DNA of 64,000 bases from Octopus sinensis. Lineage: Eukaryota. Position numbers and translations under genes: made by a program. Position 1 is the first letter of the stretch; every line of letters starts with the position of its first letter. This document shows, in pieces, positions 25,017-38,270 of this stretch. Under the pieces are notes generated by a model. The model saw nothing but the letters and a program-made list of their open reading frames with translations, had not been told where the DNA came from and did not search any database. The stretch is from assembly GCF_006345805.1 (NCBI RefSeq), contig NC_043003.1, positions 51,336,001-51,400,000 of the forward strand, in the 5' to 3' direction.

Positions 25017-25020
<4 letters not shown>
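24780..25020. mobile_element. Short fold-back element (80-bp perfect hairpin arms) between (TA)n tracts
   Basis: 24781-24860 mirrored by 24873-24952 with a 12-nt spacer. Confidence 0.8.
24814..24872 (-). ncRNA. Type I hammerhead-like motif, U4C variant
   Basis: ATAA-CCGAAGA-GATG..GTGGA-TT-TCCAC..CATC-T-GAAA-CTC-A-GAG-TT|TTAT. Confidence 0.6.
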
Positions 25021-25071
<51 letters not shown>

Positions 25072-25074
25072 TTC

Positions 25075-25285
25075 TCTTCTTGTCAGGTATCCCAGATGAA
25101 CCAACTTCACGGCAGGAGGTGCAGATGAGGGCAGCTGCATCAAACTCTCTCATGCACCAAATGACAGATGCTAAAAAGCATTCGTGAAGTAAAACCATGT
25201 AGCAACACTAAATGGCGGTGCCCCAGCATGGCACAGCTCGTGAGCTGAAACTAGAATCAATCATCAATCAATCAATCAATCAATA
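25075..25285 (+). mobile_element. CR1-type LINE 3' end fragment with (AATC)n tail
   Basis: Encodes GIPDEPTSRQEVQMRAAASNSL, homologous to the end of the 29.3-33.1 kb LINE. Confidence 0.85.
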
Positions 25286-25306
25286 AAATGCATATATATT
25301 AAATAT

Positions 25307-25339
<33 letters not shown>

Positions 25340-25472
25340 ATATATATTATCTATATAAAATATATATATAAATATATATATATCAATATAAATATATATA
25401 TATATAAATATATATATAATATATATATATAATAATATATATATAAATATATATATATATCTAAATATATAT

Positions 25473-25518
<46 letters not shown>

Positions 25519-25744
25519 TATATAAATATATATATAAATATATATATATATAAATATATATATATAAATATATATATAAATATAAATATATATATAAATA
25601 TATATATCTATATATATAAAAAATATGTATATATATAAATATACATATATAAATATATATATATATAAATATATATATAAATATATAAATATAAATATAT
25701 ATAAATATATATATATATAAATATATATATCTATATATATATAT

Positions 25745-25796
<52 letters not shown>

Positions 25797-25821
25797 ATTA
25801 TGAGATTTATCATTATATAAA

Positions 25822-25860
<39 letters not shown>

Positions 25861-25861
<1 letters not shown>

Positions 25862-26255
25862 TCTCTTTTACTTGTTTCAGTCATTTGACTGCGGCCATGC
25901 TGGAGCACCGCCTTTAATCGAGCAACTCGACTCCGGGACTTATTCTTTGTAAGCCCAGAACTTATTCTATCGGTCTCTTTTGCCGAACCGCTAGGTAACG
26001 GAGACATAAACACACCAGCATCGGTTGTCATGCAATGCTAGGGGGACAAACACAGACACACAAACACACACACGCATATATATACATATATACGACGGGC
26101 TTCTTTCAGTTTCCGTCTACCAAATCCACTCACAAGGTTTTGGTCAGCCCGAGGCAATAGTAGAAGACACTTGCCCAAGATTCCACGCAATGGGACTGAA
26201 CCCGGGACCATGTGGTTGGTAAACAAGCTACTTACCACACAGCCACTCCTGCGCC
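25861..26255 (-). mobile_element. tRNA-derived SINE family A, full length
   Basis: A box TGGCTGTGTGG, B box GGTTCAGTCC, central (AT/GT)n, stem-loop tail. Confidence 0.88.
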
Positions 26256-26352
26256 TATATATATATATATATATGTATATATATACTAGCTGAAGGTGAC
26301 CCGCTCTACGCGCGGGTAAGAGTGTGGTTGTTACTTTCTGTTGCTTCCTTTC

Positions 26353-26666
26353 AGCACGTAAAAAGCACCATCCGAACGTGGCGGATTGCAGCGCCGCCTT
26401 GACTGGCTTCTGTGCTGGTGGCACGTAAAAAGCAACAACCGATCGTGGCTGCTGCCAGCCCCCCTGGCACCTGTGCAGGCGGCACGAAAAAAGCACCCAG
26501 TACCGACACAGAGTGGTTGGCGTTAGGAAGGACATCCACCTGTCGAAACACTGCTAGATCAGACTGGAGCCTGGTGCAGCCTCCTGGCTTTCCAGACCCC
26601 TGTCAAACTGTCCAACACGTCTAGCACGGAAAACGGACGTTAAACGATGATGATGATGATGATGAT
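26353..26666 (+). mobile_element. Family D retroposon nested in Helitron H2
   Basis: GGCACG(T/A)AAAAAGCA repeats, RTE-like tail, (GAT)n; same insertion at 38355-38667. Confidence 0.75.
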
Positions 26667-27351
26667 TCTCCCTCTTTGTTTCTTTCTCCTTTCTCTCTCA
26701 CTTTCCCACTCTCTTACTCTTACTTTCTCTGGGACTCTCCCTCGCTTTCTCTTACTCTCTATCTTTATGTATCTCTCCCATTTATAAACAACAAATGATC
26801 TTGAGTAAGTTGAGAAATGAAATATTTAGAAAGATCAATCATAAATATCAGGCAGTAACAACGGAAAGGTCTGCTTCAAGACAGACAGCAAAACACTAAC
26901 TTTAAAAGGGACAGACGAACTTGCGAGCTGAATAAAAATAATAAAATATTGGAAACCAAAGTTTGAAGGGATAGAATTTGAGGATAGTAGAGTCATCATG
27001 GCTGGCATTTCTTAACGACGGACAGCAACGTATTGACAGTTCAACGGCTGGCGTAAAATGTTGAACTTGATGTAAAAGAAAATCCCTAAAAACCAAGTTT
27101 TGAATTGATTCTTTCTCACGACAGTAGACTCACGATGGCAAGCATTCAAAACTTCTTCATCATGGACGGCAACACATTGACGATTAAAAGGCTGGCGCAA
27201 ATTTTTTAGCTTGATGTAACAGAGAATTGCTAAAAACCCGCTCCTTTAAATTTTAATCCCCTTCCAGCCCCATTTAGACCCCTTTTCACATTTTGGTTAA
27301 TATAACCCGATTTCATTTGGGTCTACTGGGGCCACATTTTATAAGATGAGG

Positions 27352-27549
27352 ACTCAACCAAGTTTCCCAAGTTCTGGTCATAGACCATAGAACAGTCAAG
27401 CAAGTTTCCCGAGTTCTGGTCATAGACCATAGAACAGTCAAGCAAATTTCCCGAGTTCTGGTCATAGACCATAGAACACTCAACCAAGTTTCCCGAGTTC
27501 TGGTCATAGACCATAGAACACTCAACGAAGTTTCCCGAGTTCTGGTCAT
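27352..27549. repeat. 42-bp minisatellite, ~4.7 copies, each with a stem-loop
   Basis: Units start at 27352, 27394, 27436, 27478, 27520; internal GTTC-TGGTC-ATA-GACCA-TA-GAAC. Confidence 0.95.
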
Positions 27550-28772
27550 TTGCAGAATAAATAGAGACGGCGGAGGCGGCAGACGTCGTTGCAATGTAAA
27601 CATGATTTGTTATAAGAGAAAGATTGTCCAGATTGTGTGTTGGTGGTGGTGGTGGTGGCGATGATAATTATCTTTAAGAATGGAGATAAAGAGAAATTGA
27701 ATGGGAGTTAGAGGTAGAAAGAGAAGGTGTAAATTTTGGAGTGAATCCGACGGGATGTAGTGGGCTTTAACCCCGGCAAAAAAAATAATATCTGTTGCGT
27801 TTCTGAAGTAGGAATATTGAAACTTTTGCGGATGTCATTGATAGACTCGTTGTAGAATAAATAGAGACGGCGAAAAAAGAGAGAGCTCGAGAAAGAAAAG
27901 GTGATATATGAAAGGGAGGACGGGAAAATGAAATATTTTGCAATGTAAACATGATTTGTTTCAAGAGAAAGATTGTCATGATTGTGTGTTGGTGGTGTTG
28001 GTGGTGGCGATGATAAATATCATTAGGAAAAAGAGTGAGTGAGTGAGGAAGACATACATAAGTTGTGGCGATGATAATTGTAGACCCCTTTTCACAGTTT
28101 GATGAAGAGAACCCGATTTCATTCGGGTGTACTGGGGCCACATATAGGTGTGTGTGTGTGTGTGTGTGTGTGTGCACGCTGTATAAATTAAATTAGAGAT
28201 CAAACCACTAAAAGTGAGTAAAACAGTAAAAAAAACGCAAACATAAAAATAAAAATATAATATTAGATATATGTATATATGTGGTGTGTGTGTGGGGGTG
28301 TGTGTGTGTGTGTGGTTGACAGGTAGACAAAAGAATGCGATGGCGATGGGGATGGCGATGTATAATTTTGTTACTGTCCATGAACGCTGATAGATACATG
28401 AGTAAAATGTATAGGAAGGTAAGAGATAAGAGCGAGTGAAAATGTTCTTGGAAGAGAGTAAATAGCGACAGACAGAGTGATTTGAGGAAGACTTTACATT
28501 AAATAACGGTAGTGCATTGTCAAATGAAGAGGAGTGACAGAGAGTACTGGAGGAATAGGGTGAGGTAGGAAGATGGCCCCTAGCAACCACACCTTTTAAG
28601 ATAGGGATTCTAAGGTAGCCCACGCGCATCGTCACCTCATTCTGCATGCCCTGTAAATTTGGAGCGAATCGGACGGGATGTAGTGGCATTGAAAGCGAAC
28701 CAAGCGGTAAAAACGCATTTCAGTTTTATATATAGAGAAGATATATAAATATATATATAAATATATATATAA

Positions 28773-28840
<68 letters not shown>

Positions 28841-29291
28841 TGTTGACAGGTAGAAAAAAGAATGCGATGGCGATGGGGATGGCGATGTAATATTGTTACT
28901 GTCCATGAACGCTGATAGATACATGAGTAAAATGTATAGGAAGGTAAGAGATAAGAGCGAGTGAAAATGTTCTTGGAAGAGAGTAAATAGCGACAGAGTG
29001 ATTTGAGGAAGACTTTACATTAAATACGGTAGTTGCATTGTCAAATGAAGAGGAGTGACAGAGTACTGGAGGAAATAGGGTGAGGTAGGAAGATGGCCCC
29101 TAGCAACCACACCTTTTAAGATAGGGATTTCTAAGGTAGCCCACGCGCATCGTCACCTCATTCTGCATGTCCCTGTAAATTTGGAGCGAATCGGACGGGA
29201 TGTAGTGGCATTGAAAGCGAACCAAGCGGTAAAAACGCATTTCAGTTTTATATAGAGAAGATATTAAATATATATATAAATATATATATAA

Positions 29292-29325
<34 letters not shown>

Positions 29326-29327
29326 GG

Positions 29328-30089
29328 GTGTGTGTGTTGTGGTGTGTGTTTGTGTGTGTGTGTGGTGTGTGTGGTGTGGCTGTGTGTTGTGTGTGTGTGT
29401 GTGTCTGGTGTGATCCAGGGGTTCCTCAGGAAAATGGATCACCTACCCCGGTGAATGACCAAGTAGTGAAGGATAGGGGAGCCAAGGGAGCAGAAACCGG
29501 AAGCCCCCCTGTACCAGTGGTCCTACGAAGAAATAAAAAATTAGAAAAATTAGAAAAACAGAAGAAAAAAGGAAGAACCGAAAGCAAAAATAAGGAGGGA
29601 AAAGGCAAAACAACCAAAGCTGAAACCCCAACCCACCACACAAACAGCAGAGAACCCCATGGAGGATCCAATGCCACCCAGTACACTTCAGGAAAGAAGA
29701 AATCTGGAAGGCACCGAAGAACCTGTAAGTTCTACCTGCGGGGCAAATGTTGGCATGGTGAGGACGGCAAAAACTGCCGGTTCGCCCAGCCGACACCCCG
29801 CCAGAACTTCAGGGGACTCAAAGAGAAAAAGTTTACCGAGGGAACACAAGAAATGTCTCCCAGGAAAACTTTCAAAAGCGAAGTGCGCTCCTCAGATGTT
29901 CTGCGCAACGCAGCAGCTGAGCAAGAGTCTTTTTTATGCATGGCGGAAAGAATTGTCCGGCAGCTAACCTGGCTACACCAAGCACAGAGAAGGAACCCTG
30001 CCCACCACTATGCAAGACCACCACAGTCAACAGACACGGGATGGCCTCCCCTAACGCCTGCACAGCCGTCACCCCAATACTTTTACTAA
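29328..30089 (+). pseudogene. LINE ORF1, Lys-rich with degenerate CCCH zinc finger
   Basis: CKFYLRGKCWHGEDGKNCRFAQ = C-x7-C-x8-C-x3-(H>Q). Confidence 0.65.
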
Positions 30090-33032
30090 ATATTGGGGGC
30101 CTGTTGCATCAAAATAGAAACAACATTTCTTTCCTGAGAGATCTTACTGCATGCAATCTAGCCCTATGCATAGCACTTGTGGAAATTCACCTCAACCTTG
30201 ATATAGAGGACGCAGAAGTACACATACCAAACTATGCCATACTGCGAACAGACAGAAGGGAAATGAGCCATGGTGGAGTTGCTGTATACATCCGAGATGA
30301 CCTCACACCCCAGGTCTTGATGACATACTCAAATTCGGTATGTGACACCTTAATTGTATACATAAGACAACATAATATAGTCATATGCAATACATATTGC
30401 CCACCGGATGCCCCAAATCACATAGGCAAGTTTGAAGATTGCCTCACAAGAATTAAAGAAATCCTCATGAATCTGGAACACCACGTGACCATATTTCTTA
30501 TGGGTGATTTCAACTTCCCCAACGTCAAATGGCCCGAAGTTCACATACTCTCAGGAATGAATCATTGCAAGCAAGTACAGGTGGAGTCCCTGCTCAATCT
30601 CACCAATGCCTTATTCATGGAGCAAGTTGTACTCAAGCCAACTAGGGCGAATAACATTCTGGATCTCTGCTTCACGAACAATATGGACATCATTCATGAT
30701 GTGAAAGTGACACCGACATCAGTTTCGGATCACAACATAATAGAGCTGTCTATGTTTTGGCCGAAAGTGACCAGAGACATACAGCCTAAAGGAAGCACCC
30801 GAAATCTCTCCAATCTGAACTTCCATAAAGCAGATTGGAAATCGATCCAAAAAGAGATCCTCAGAGAGGACTGGCCGGAATGTCTCTCCACACCAGACAT
30901 TGACATGAAACTAGAATGTTTCATGTCATCTGTGCAAGCCGTATGCCAGAAATATGTCTCAGAGCACAAGGCCAAAACAAATAGGAGCAAGATTCCAAGA
31001 GACAGGAAGATCCTCATGAGACGACGGACGAAGGTTGCAAATCGTCTCAACCAACATCCCAAAAGTAGCGAAACGTCCCGCCTAAAACAACACTGATGGA
31101 GATCGAAAAAAGGCTGCAACAATCCTATGTGAAGGAGAAAGCAGACAAAGAAGCCTGGGTTATAAAAAAACATTAAATCAAACCCAAAGGCCTTCTTTCA
31201 TTACGCGAAAGAAACAGTCTCAGTGCACTACAAGATAGGACCCCTCCTCCAAAAGGATGGCTCCCTCACAGACAGTCCAACTATGATCAGTGAGATGCTG
31301 AATGGCCAGTTCAAAAGTGTCTTTACCACCCCGTTGGAACACAGACAAGTGAACGAACCAGTGGACTTCTTTACCGCCTCACCTATAACCAGCGAGGCAG
31401 TTACAATAGAATGTATTGACATTAACAAAAAGATGTCCTACTAGCCATAGATGAAGTGGACACAAACTCAGCTGCTGGTCCAGACGCTTTCTCAGCCATC
31501 CTCCTCAAAGCGTGTAAGCATGCCTTGGCAAAACCCCTCAAGATTCTCTTCCAGATCTTTCTTGCGAATGGCAAACTGCCAAGCAAGCTGAAGGAGGGAA
31601 TAATATGCCCAATACATAAAGGGGGAAGTAGAGCAGATGCCAAAAACTATAGGCCTATCTCTCTGACTTCAGCAAAGTCATGGAAAGGATAGTCAGAAAG
31701 AGACTAATCGCATTCCTTGAGGAAAATAACTTGCTGAGTAATACCCAGCATGGTTTTCGACCAGGTAGGAGCTGCCTGACCCAGCTCTTACAGCATTATG
31801 ACCGGGTGTTGAGGCAGTTACTCAACAAATCAAATGTGGACGTAATCTACCTTGATTTTGCAAAAGCTTTTGACAAGGTGGATCATGGTATTATATGCCA
31901 TAAACTACGTGACCTTGGCATAGCTGGAAAACTTGGAGTGTGGTTGCATGACTTCCTGAAAGATAGGAGTCATGCAGTAGTGGTTAATGGAGCCACCTCT
32001 ATGAACACACAAATAGTGAGCGGTGTTCCACAGGGCACTGTCTTGGGACCACTGCTTTTTATAGTGGCCCTCTCAAATATGCCCTCAAATGCCCGGATAG
32101 CCACTCTGGCCAGCTATGCAGACGATACGAAAGTCTCGCAGAAAATACAGAACCCCAGCGATGTTGCACACCTGCAGCAGGAGTTGGACTCAATCTACAG
32201 ATGGGCTGAGGATAATAATATGCAGTTTAATGCTGAAAAATTCCAGGCCCTGCGCTACCAGCATCCAAAACTGAATATTAAACTTACAGGATACACCGGT
32301 CCACAGGGAATTTCAATCCCAGAGCCTAAGTCTGTGAGGGACCTGGGTATCGACATGAGTGATGATACCTCTTTCCAAGTGCACATTACCAGGAAGGCGA
32401 CAAAGTGCAGACGACTGGCTGGGTGGATCCTAAGAACATTCAGAACCAGAGATAAGGAAACCATGATGGTCCTCTGGCAGACATTTGTCCTCAGTCGCCT
32501 GGATTACTGCTCACAGCTATGGTCACCCACCAGTGTAAAATTAACAGCAGACCTTGAAGCAATCCAGAGAAGATTCACAAAGAAGATCGTCTCTTTGCAA
32601 CAGCTCAGCTACTGGGAAAGGTTGAAACAGCTGAGACTCTACTCCCTGGAGAGAAGACGGGAGATGTATGCAGTAATATATGTCTGGAAGATCCTGGAAG
32701 GAATTGTGCCAAATTTTGGCATTGTAAGCTACACCAATGCTAGAACGGGACGACACTGCATAGTGCCAAAGATCCCAGCAATGCCATCACGCTTCAGGAC
32801 CAGCTTCTGCAACAGCCTGGGTTTCAAAGGCCCACAGCTTTTTAATATTCTCCCAAAGAGTCTGAGGAACTTGCACAAAGTAGATGTAGCGGTTTTTAAA
32901 TCAAAGCTGGGCATCTTCCTGTCAAGAGTCCCAGATGAACCTACCTCACGGCAAGAGGTGCAAATGAGAGTAGCTGTATCAAACTCCATTCTTCACCAAG
33001 TGCCACATATTAGACGAAGTTCGTCGCAATAA
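29936..33032 (+). pseudogene. LINE ORF2 endonuclease/reverse transcriptase, fragmented
   Basis: ORFs 29936-31096, 31223-31444, 31456-31692, 31680-33032. Confidence 0.9.
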
Positions 33033-33115
33033 CAGTGCAGCACAAAACGGCGGTGCATCAGCATGGCCGCAGCTCTGAGCTGAAACTAGAAAAAAATATA
33101 TATAAATATACATAT

Positions 33116-33192
<77 letters not shown>

Positions 33193-33322
33193 TATATATA
33201 TATATAAAAGCAATAAGATTCAAGTTAATTTAATGAATTTACTTGAATATGGTACCTAACTTAGATGCACCAAAACAAACTATACGGTTTTAACAATACA
33301 GTAATGTGGGGTGATTATAAGC

Positions 33323-33379
<57 letters not shown>

Positions 33380-33561
33380 TATGGTCTTACCACTAACAAA
33401 GGAATGGTAAGACCATAGCGGGTCTTCTTCTAGCATAATAGATGTCCACTTACAGGTCATCCCTCTTATATGTATGTAATATAATTTTTTCTGAAACATC
33501 AGATTTTTCAATATGCTACACCAATTGATATTACTCAAATTAATATGTATATATATATATA

Positions 33562-33626
33562 CTAGCTGAAGGTGACCCGCTCTACGCGCGGGTAAGAGTG
33601 TGGTATATATATATATAAATGTATAC

Positions 33627-33704
<78 letters not shown>

Positions 33705-33726
33705 TATATATATATATATATAATAT

Positions 33727-33764
<38 letters not shown>

Positions 33765-36700
33765 AATACAGATATATTCACTTTGTATATATAAAGATTA
33801 TTATATATACATATTTATATATAGATACACAAACACATATATAAATTAACCCAATAAATATCTGATTCATAATATTTGTTGTCATGATTGAGTGGTGGTT
33901 GTGGCGATGATAATTCTCTCTATGAATGCAGACAGACATGGAGAGTGAGAGTGTGTGAAAGCGCTGTGGAAGGCAGGGAGGGGGATAACGGACGCTGTGA
34001 AACGACGTTATAAAGAGAAAGTGAATGTAAGGGAGGTAGACGCTGTGAAACGACGTTATAGATAGAAAGTGAAAGGAAGGGAGAAAAGTGAGTGAGTGAT
34101 GGAGGAAGAGAGATACATAAAAGAATGAGAGTGTTGGATGTTTTGTTTGTTGGACCAATGTATTAAGGTAGTATTGTTTTATTGTTTTAAAACGAAAGAG
34201 GCAATGTGTTTGTTTCAAAAATTAAAAAATCTGTTATAGTGAATGAAATTAGAATTCACACCCAGCTCAGTTTTGTAGAAAGAGTATCACGATGTGAACT
34301 CATGAGTTGGGAGTTTGACTGTGAGAGTTTATATGGTGACACATGCCAGTCCTTTCGACACCACCTAAACAATGGAATAGTGTATAAAATGTAATTAACA
34401 ACTCATTCACTTTATGAATGTCTTATGTTAGCGAAGAAACAATAACTTGACAAAACCGTTTAATGGAGACGTAGAAGGAATCGGAAAATGAGGAATAAAG
34501 AGAATGAGTTGGATCAAATGTTTGCAAACATCTGAACCCAATGTTCTTTATGAACCATGTTCTTTTTAATGTCTTTATTTTCAAGAATGAAGAGATAATG
34601 AAGAGGTGCAAAATAAAAAATCAAGCAAAATTTCATGACTTACAATCAGTTTTCTTTTGTCAGAGCCTCCTGATAAACCACGTTCCTTGTGCGCTCATGA
34701 TTGCCAAGAATGAAGAGTTTATGTGGATTTCCAACTCGAGAACAGGCTACGTACAATTGACCATGACTGAAAACCGGTTGTGACAGGTTAATGCCTACAA
34801 TGTCCAGTGATTGTCCCTGTGACTTGTTGATTGTCATCGCGAAGCATAGTTTTATTGGAAATTGAAAGCGTTTAAACTGAATGGGAACATCAGAGGGTGA
34901 AATACTCATTTTATGTATCATTTTGATTGTTCCTACAAATGGTCCACTCAAAATTTCAGCAGTTATAACATGGCTTTGAATCCTCCTAATAACCATTCGG
35001 GTTCCATTGCATATTTCAGGCGTTTCCATATTTCTGAGCACCATGATTGGAGCACCAACTTTCAAACACAAATGATGAGGTGGAAGTCCCGGAGGTGTTA
35101 GCTTGTTGAGTAGCTCGGGTGAATATTTGACTGCATCATTCTCATATTTATTTGTATCGATGGACATGAAAGAAACTATCTCACCAGGATTCATATCAAG
35201 TACTTGTTTATTTGTAGCATGAGCTGTTGTATTATGAGGCGATAGAATAGCTCTTGCTCTTAGCCAATCGAGATCCTGGAAGTTGGTTTCGACGTCAGGT
35301 AAAACGGCTCTTATAAGTTCTTCTACATTTGGAACGAAATTCCCAAAAGGCAACCGAATATGCTCATCATCAACGAAAGGCAAAACTCCATCACCAAGAT
35401 CTAATAGGTGTTTTGCGAAAGCCTCAGACTCCACATCACCATGTAGGTGGACTGTCATGTTTGTTTGAAGATGGCGACTGATAACACTGTGCCACACAAA
35501 AGAATGCTTTATACATGCATTAACCTCATCAGCTCTAGTGCCTGCTCGGACAACAGGAAGAGTTTGTCGAAAATCTCCTGCCATGAGAAACGTAGCTCCA
35601 CCCATTATTTTTGTATTGTGACGCAAATCTTGGAGAGTTCTGTCAAGAGCCTCAACATAGCCTTATTACTCATTGTAGCCTCATCCCAAATAAAAAGACT
35701 GCATTCACGAAGAAGTCTTGCTCTTGAGGAACTACGATCTATATTACATATAGGATTATCTTTCTTTCCAATGTCCATGGGCAATTTGAATGCACTATGT
35801 GCCGTACGGCCGCCTTGAAGCAGTGTCGCTGCAATACCACTTGAGGCACATGCAATGGCAAATCGACGTTCAGCGCGCAGCTTTGCGAGAATCAAATTGA
35901 TAACGAAAGTTTTACCAGTACCACCTGGAGCATTCAAAAAGAAAAGCTTTCCTTGGTTCAATCTAACGCTGTCAATAATTTCATTATAAATCTCTCTTTG
36001 TTCAGGCAAAAGTCTTGGTTCATCTCACGTAATTGTTTCCGTCAATTCGGCAATGTTGTAGTTGTTTTCTGACATGTATTTAACATCCAAAGGCGCTTCA
36101 TGATGGACAGGTGTTGGCAGATGGAATTCACTTAAACCGCGTATAACATAGCGTCTGATGTGTCTGTCCATGTCGATTAATGCCTCATTATAAACATCGT
36201 CGTTGCCATCACGTTGCGCTAAATTAGCCTGTATGTCCTTTGATAGGCTCTGTCTGAACGATTCCCAAAGGTTAAGAGGGTTGCTGGGATTACAGTGGAT
36301 TAATATGCTACAAAACAATCGACGCATTTGCCATGGCAGTTTACAATTTGAAGCCTCTGCTAATGTCCTGTGTAAGTGGTCGTCATTGAGAAGAAGTCCG
36401 CGCCTCAAACATGCTTTCCTGTTAGTGGCGCAGATGATACCATCAACCGTGCGAAGATCAGCAAAAGACTTCGGTCCAGTAACTACATGAAGTAGCATTC
36501 TCAAAAAGATTTCCTGTTTGGTAGGATGGATATTATACACACGCCCAATGACGTTCTTCCTAGAAACACCGGGCCAATTGTCAAGTTCTGTTCCATGTGA
36601 CCTGCGCTTCCAATTATTGTTGTTGTATGTGTAATATTCCGGTACTTCAGGGTAAATGAGAGTAGCAGCAAACTCATCAACTGAACACAATTTAAAAAAT

Positions 36701-37893
36701 GCTGTAAGCGTAGTCCCTTTTGGATTTTCAATGACTTGACGTGCATTTTTCTCTGTGAAGTAAATCAGCTGTCTCTTCTGTAAATGAACATTCAGGTGGA
36801 AAACTGATGGTGAGCTTAGATGAATCTCGTATCCAAAAATGCGCCACGCTGCTTAATTGGAGGATACATACCTACCCCAAACGAATTGTTTAATTTCGTC
36901 ATGTCTAAAGTCTTCATCACTGAACACAAACACGGCCATATCATCGCCCTTATTAATGTACTTGCAGATGTATTGTATGCATCTCACCGAACTGCAGTAC
37001 TCAACATTAATGTGTGCATTAAATGTTTTGGAAAGCAAAGGGTTGAATGGAACGATCCAGGCATTATCAACATCGAATGTTTTTAGCCGTTGTCTAATTG
37101 TAGCTGTGCGGCCACCCAAACCTGGGTCACATATATGAAAGAGAGGACGGGAAAATGAAATATTTTGCAATGTAAACATGATTTGTTTTAAGAGAAAGAT
37201 TGTCATGATTGTGTGTTGGTGGTGGCGATGATAATTATCATTAGGAAAAACATAAGTTGTGGTGATGATAATTCTAGACCCCTTTTCACATTTTGATGAA
37301 GAGAACCCGATTTCATTCGGGTCTACTGGGGCCACATATAGGTGTGTGTGTGTGTGTGTGTGTGCGCACTGTAGAAATTAAATTAGAGATCAAACCACTA
37401 ACAGGGAAATGAAACAGTAAAAAAACAAAAACATAAAAATATAATATTAGATATATGTATATATGTGTGTGTGCGTGTGTGTGTGTGTGTGTGTGTTGAC
37501 AGGTAGACAAAAGAATGCGATGGCGATGGGGATGGCGATGTAATATTTGTTACTGTCTATGAACGCTGATAGATACATGAGTAAAATGTATAGGAAGGTA
37601 AGAGATAAGAGTGAGTGAAAATGTTCTTGGAAGAGAGTAAATAGCGACAGAGTGATTTGAGGAAGACTTTACATTAAATAACGGTAGTTGCATTGTCAAA
37701 TGAAGAGGAGTGACAGAGTACTGGAGGAAATAGGGTGAGGTAGGAAGATGGCCCCTAGCAACCACACCTTTTAAGATAGGGATTTCTAAGGTAGCCCACG
37801 CGCATCGTCACCTCATTCTACACGTCCCTGTAAATTTTGGAGCGAATCGGACGGGATGTAGTGGCATTGAAAGCGAACCAAGCGGTAAAAACA
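33562..37893 (-). mobile_element. Helitron family H2, copy b, internal-deletion derivative retaining RepHel
   Basis: Same 3' terminus (CTAG at 33562); 5' module shared with copies a and c; RepHel remnants inside. Confidence 0.8.
34646..37130 (-). pseudogene. Helitron RepHel (Rep motif 3 + PIF1 helicase), frameshifted
   Basis: VPFNPLL..HINVE..QYICKYINKG, APGGTGKT, GRTAHS, IWDEA, GDFRQTLPV, CNGTR, FAMTINKSQGQSL, HGQLYVACSRV. Confidence 0.92.
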
Positions 37894-37959
<66 letters not shown>

Positions 37960-37963
<4 letters not shown>

Positions 37964-38270
37964 ATTAAGGACTGAGCACGAAAAGTGGACAGTCAACATG
38001 CTAGATATAGACGTCAAATCGCCATTCACCACAAAAGATTATGTTCTCAGATCAAACTCAACACAAAACCATAGCAATAAACAAGTGAAAAATATACGAA
38101 ATAAAATAATTACCCATGTACTAAATTAGTTTCAGCTGTTATTTCCCGCAAGGAAAACTGCAGCCATCATCAGCATGGTCCGTTATAAATGTAATTTGCT
38201 GGATTCTTTTTTAATATGCTAGACCACTGGTCTTAATTGATAAATATCAATTTCTACCCTTAATTAATTT
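37960..38270 (-). mobile_element. Second copy of the hammerhead-bearing element family, with short inverted 3'-end copy
   Basis: Homologous to the 14956-16176 arms; plus-strand ..AATATGCTAGACCACTGG..ATCAATTTCTACCC at ~38205-38265. Confidence 0.7.
38114..38178 (-). ncRNA. Type I hammerhead ribozyme (predicted)
   Basis: CCATG-CTGATGA-TG-GCTG-CA..hairpin..AA-CAGC-T-GAAA-CTAA-T-TTAG-TA|CATGG; canonical core, GUA triplet. Confidence 0.85.

Larger units (their letters stand above)
26286..29261 (-). mobile_element. Non-autonomous Helitron family H2, copy a, with duplicated 5' module
   Basis: 3' hairpin ACCCGC..GCGGGT + CTAG|T at 26286; 5' A|TCTTCTCTATATA..AAAACTG ends at 28741 and again at 29261. 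Confidence 0.75.
29325..33096 (+). mobile_element. Near full-length CR1/L2-type LINE (ORF1 + APE-RT ORF2), inactivated
   Basis: APE motifs LNIGG, GGVAVY, MGDFNFP, LDLCF, SDHN; RT motifs YLDFAKAFDKV, GVPQGTVLGP, YADD; several stops and frameshifts; 3' stem-loop and A tail. Confidence 0.93.

Noticed and set aside
27352-27549. 42-bp hairpin repeats as CRISPR
   Set aside because: No variable spacers; plain minisatellite
33378-33445. HHR remnant (CTAGAAGA-AGACC..GGTCT) beside a small palindrome
   Set aside because: Core has an insertion and the GAAA/stem III half is absent
34646-36009. Host PIF1 helicase gene
   Set aside because: Intronless, frameshifted, fused to Helitron Rep sequence and inside Helitron termini
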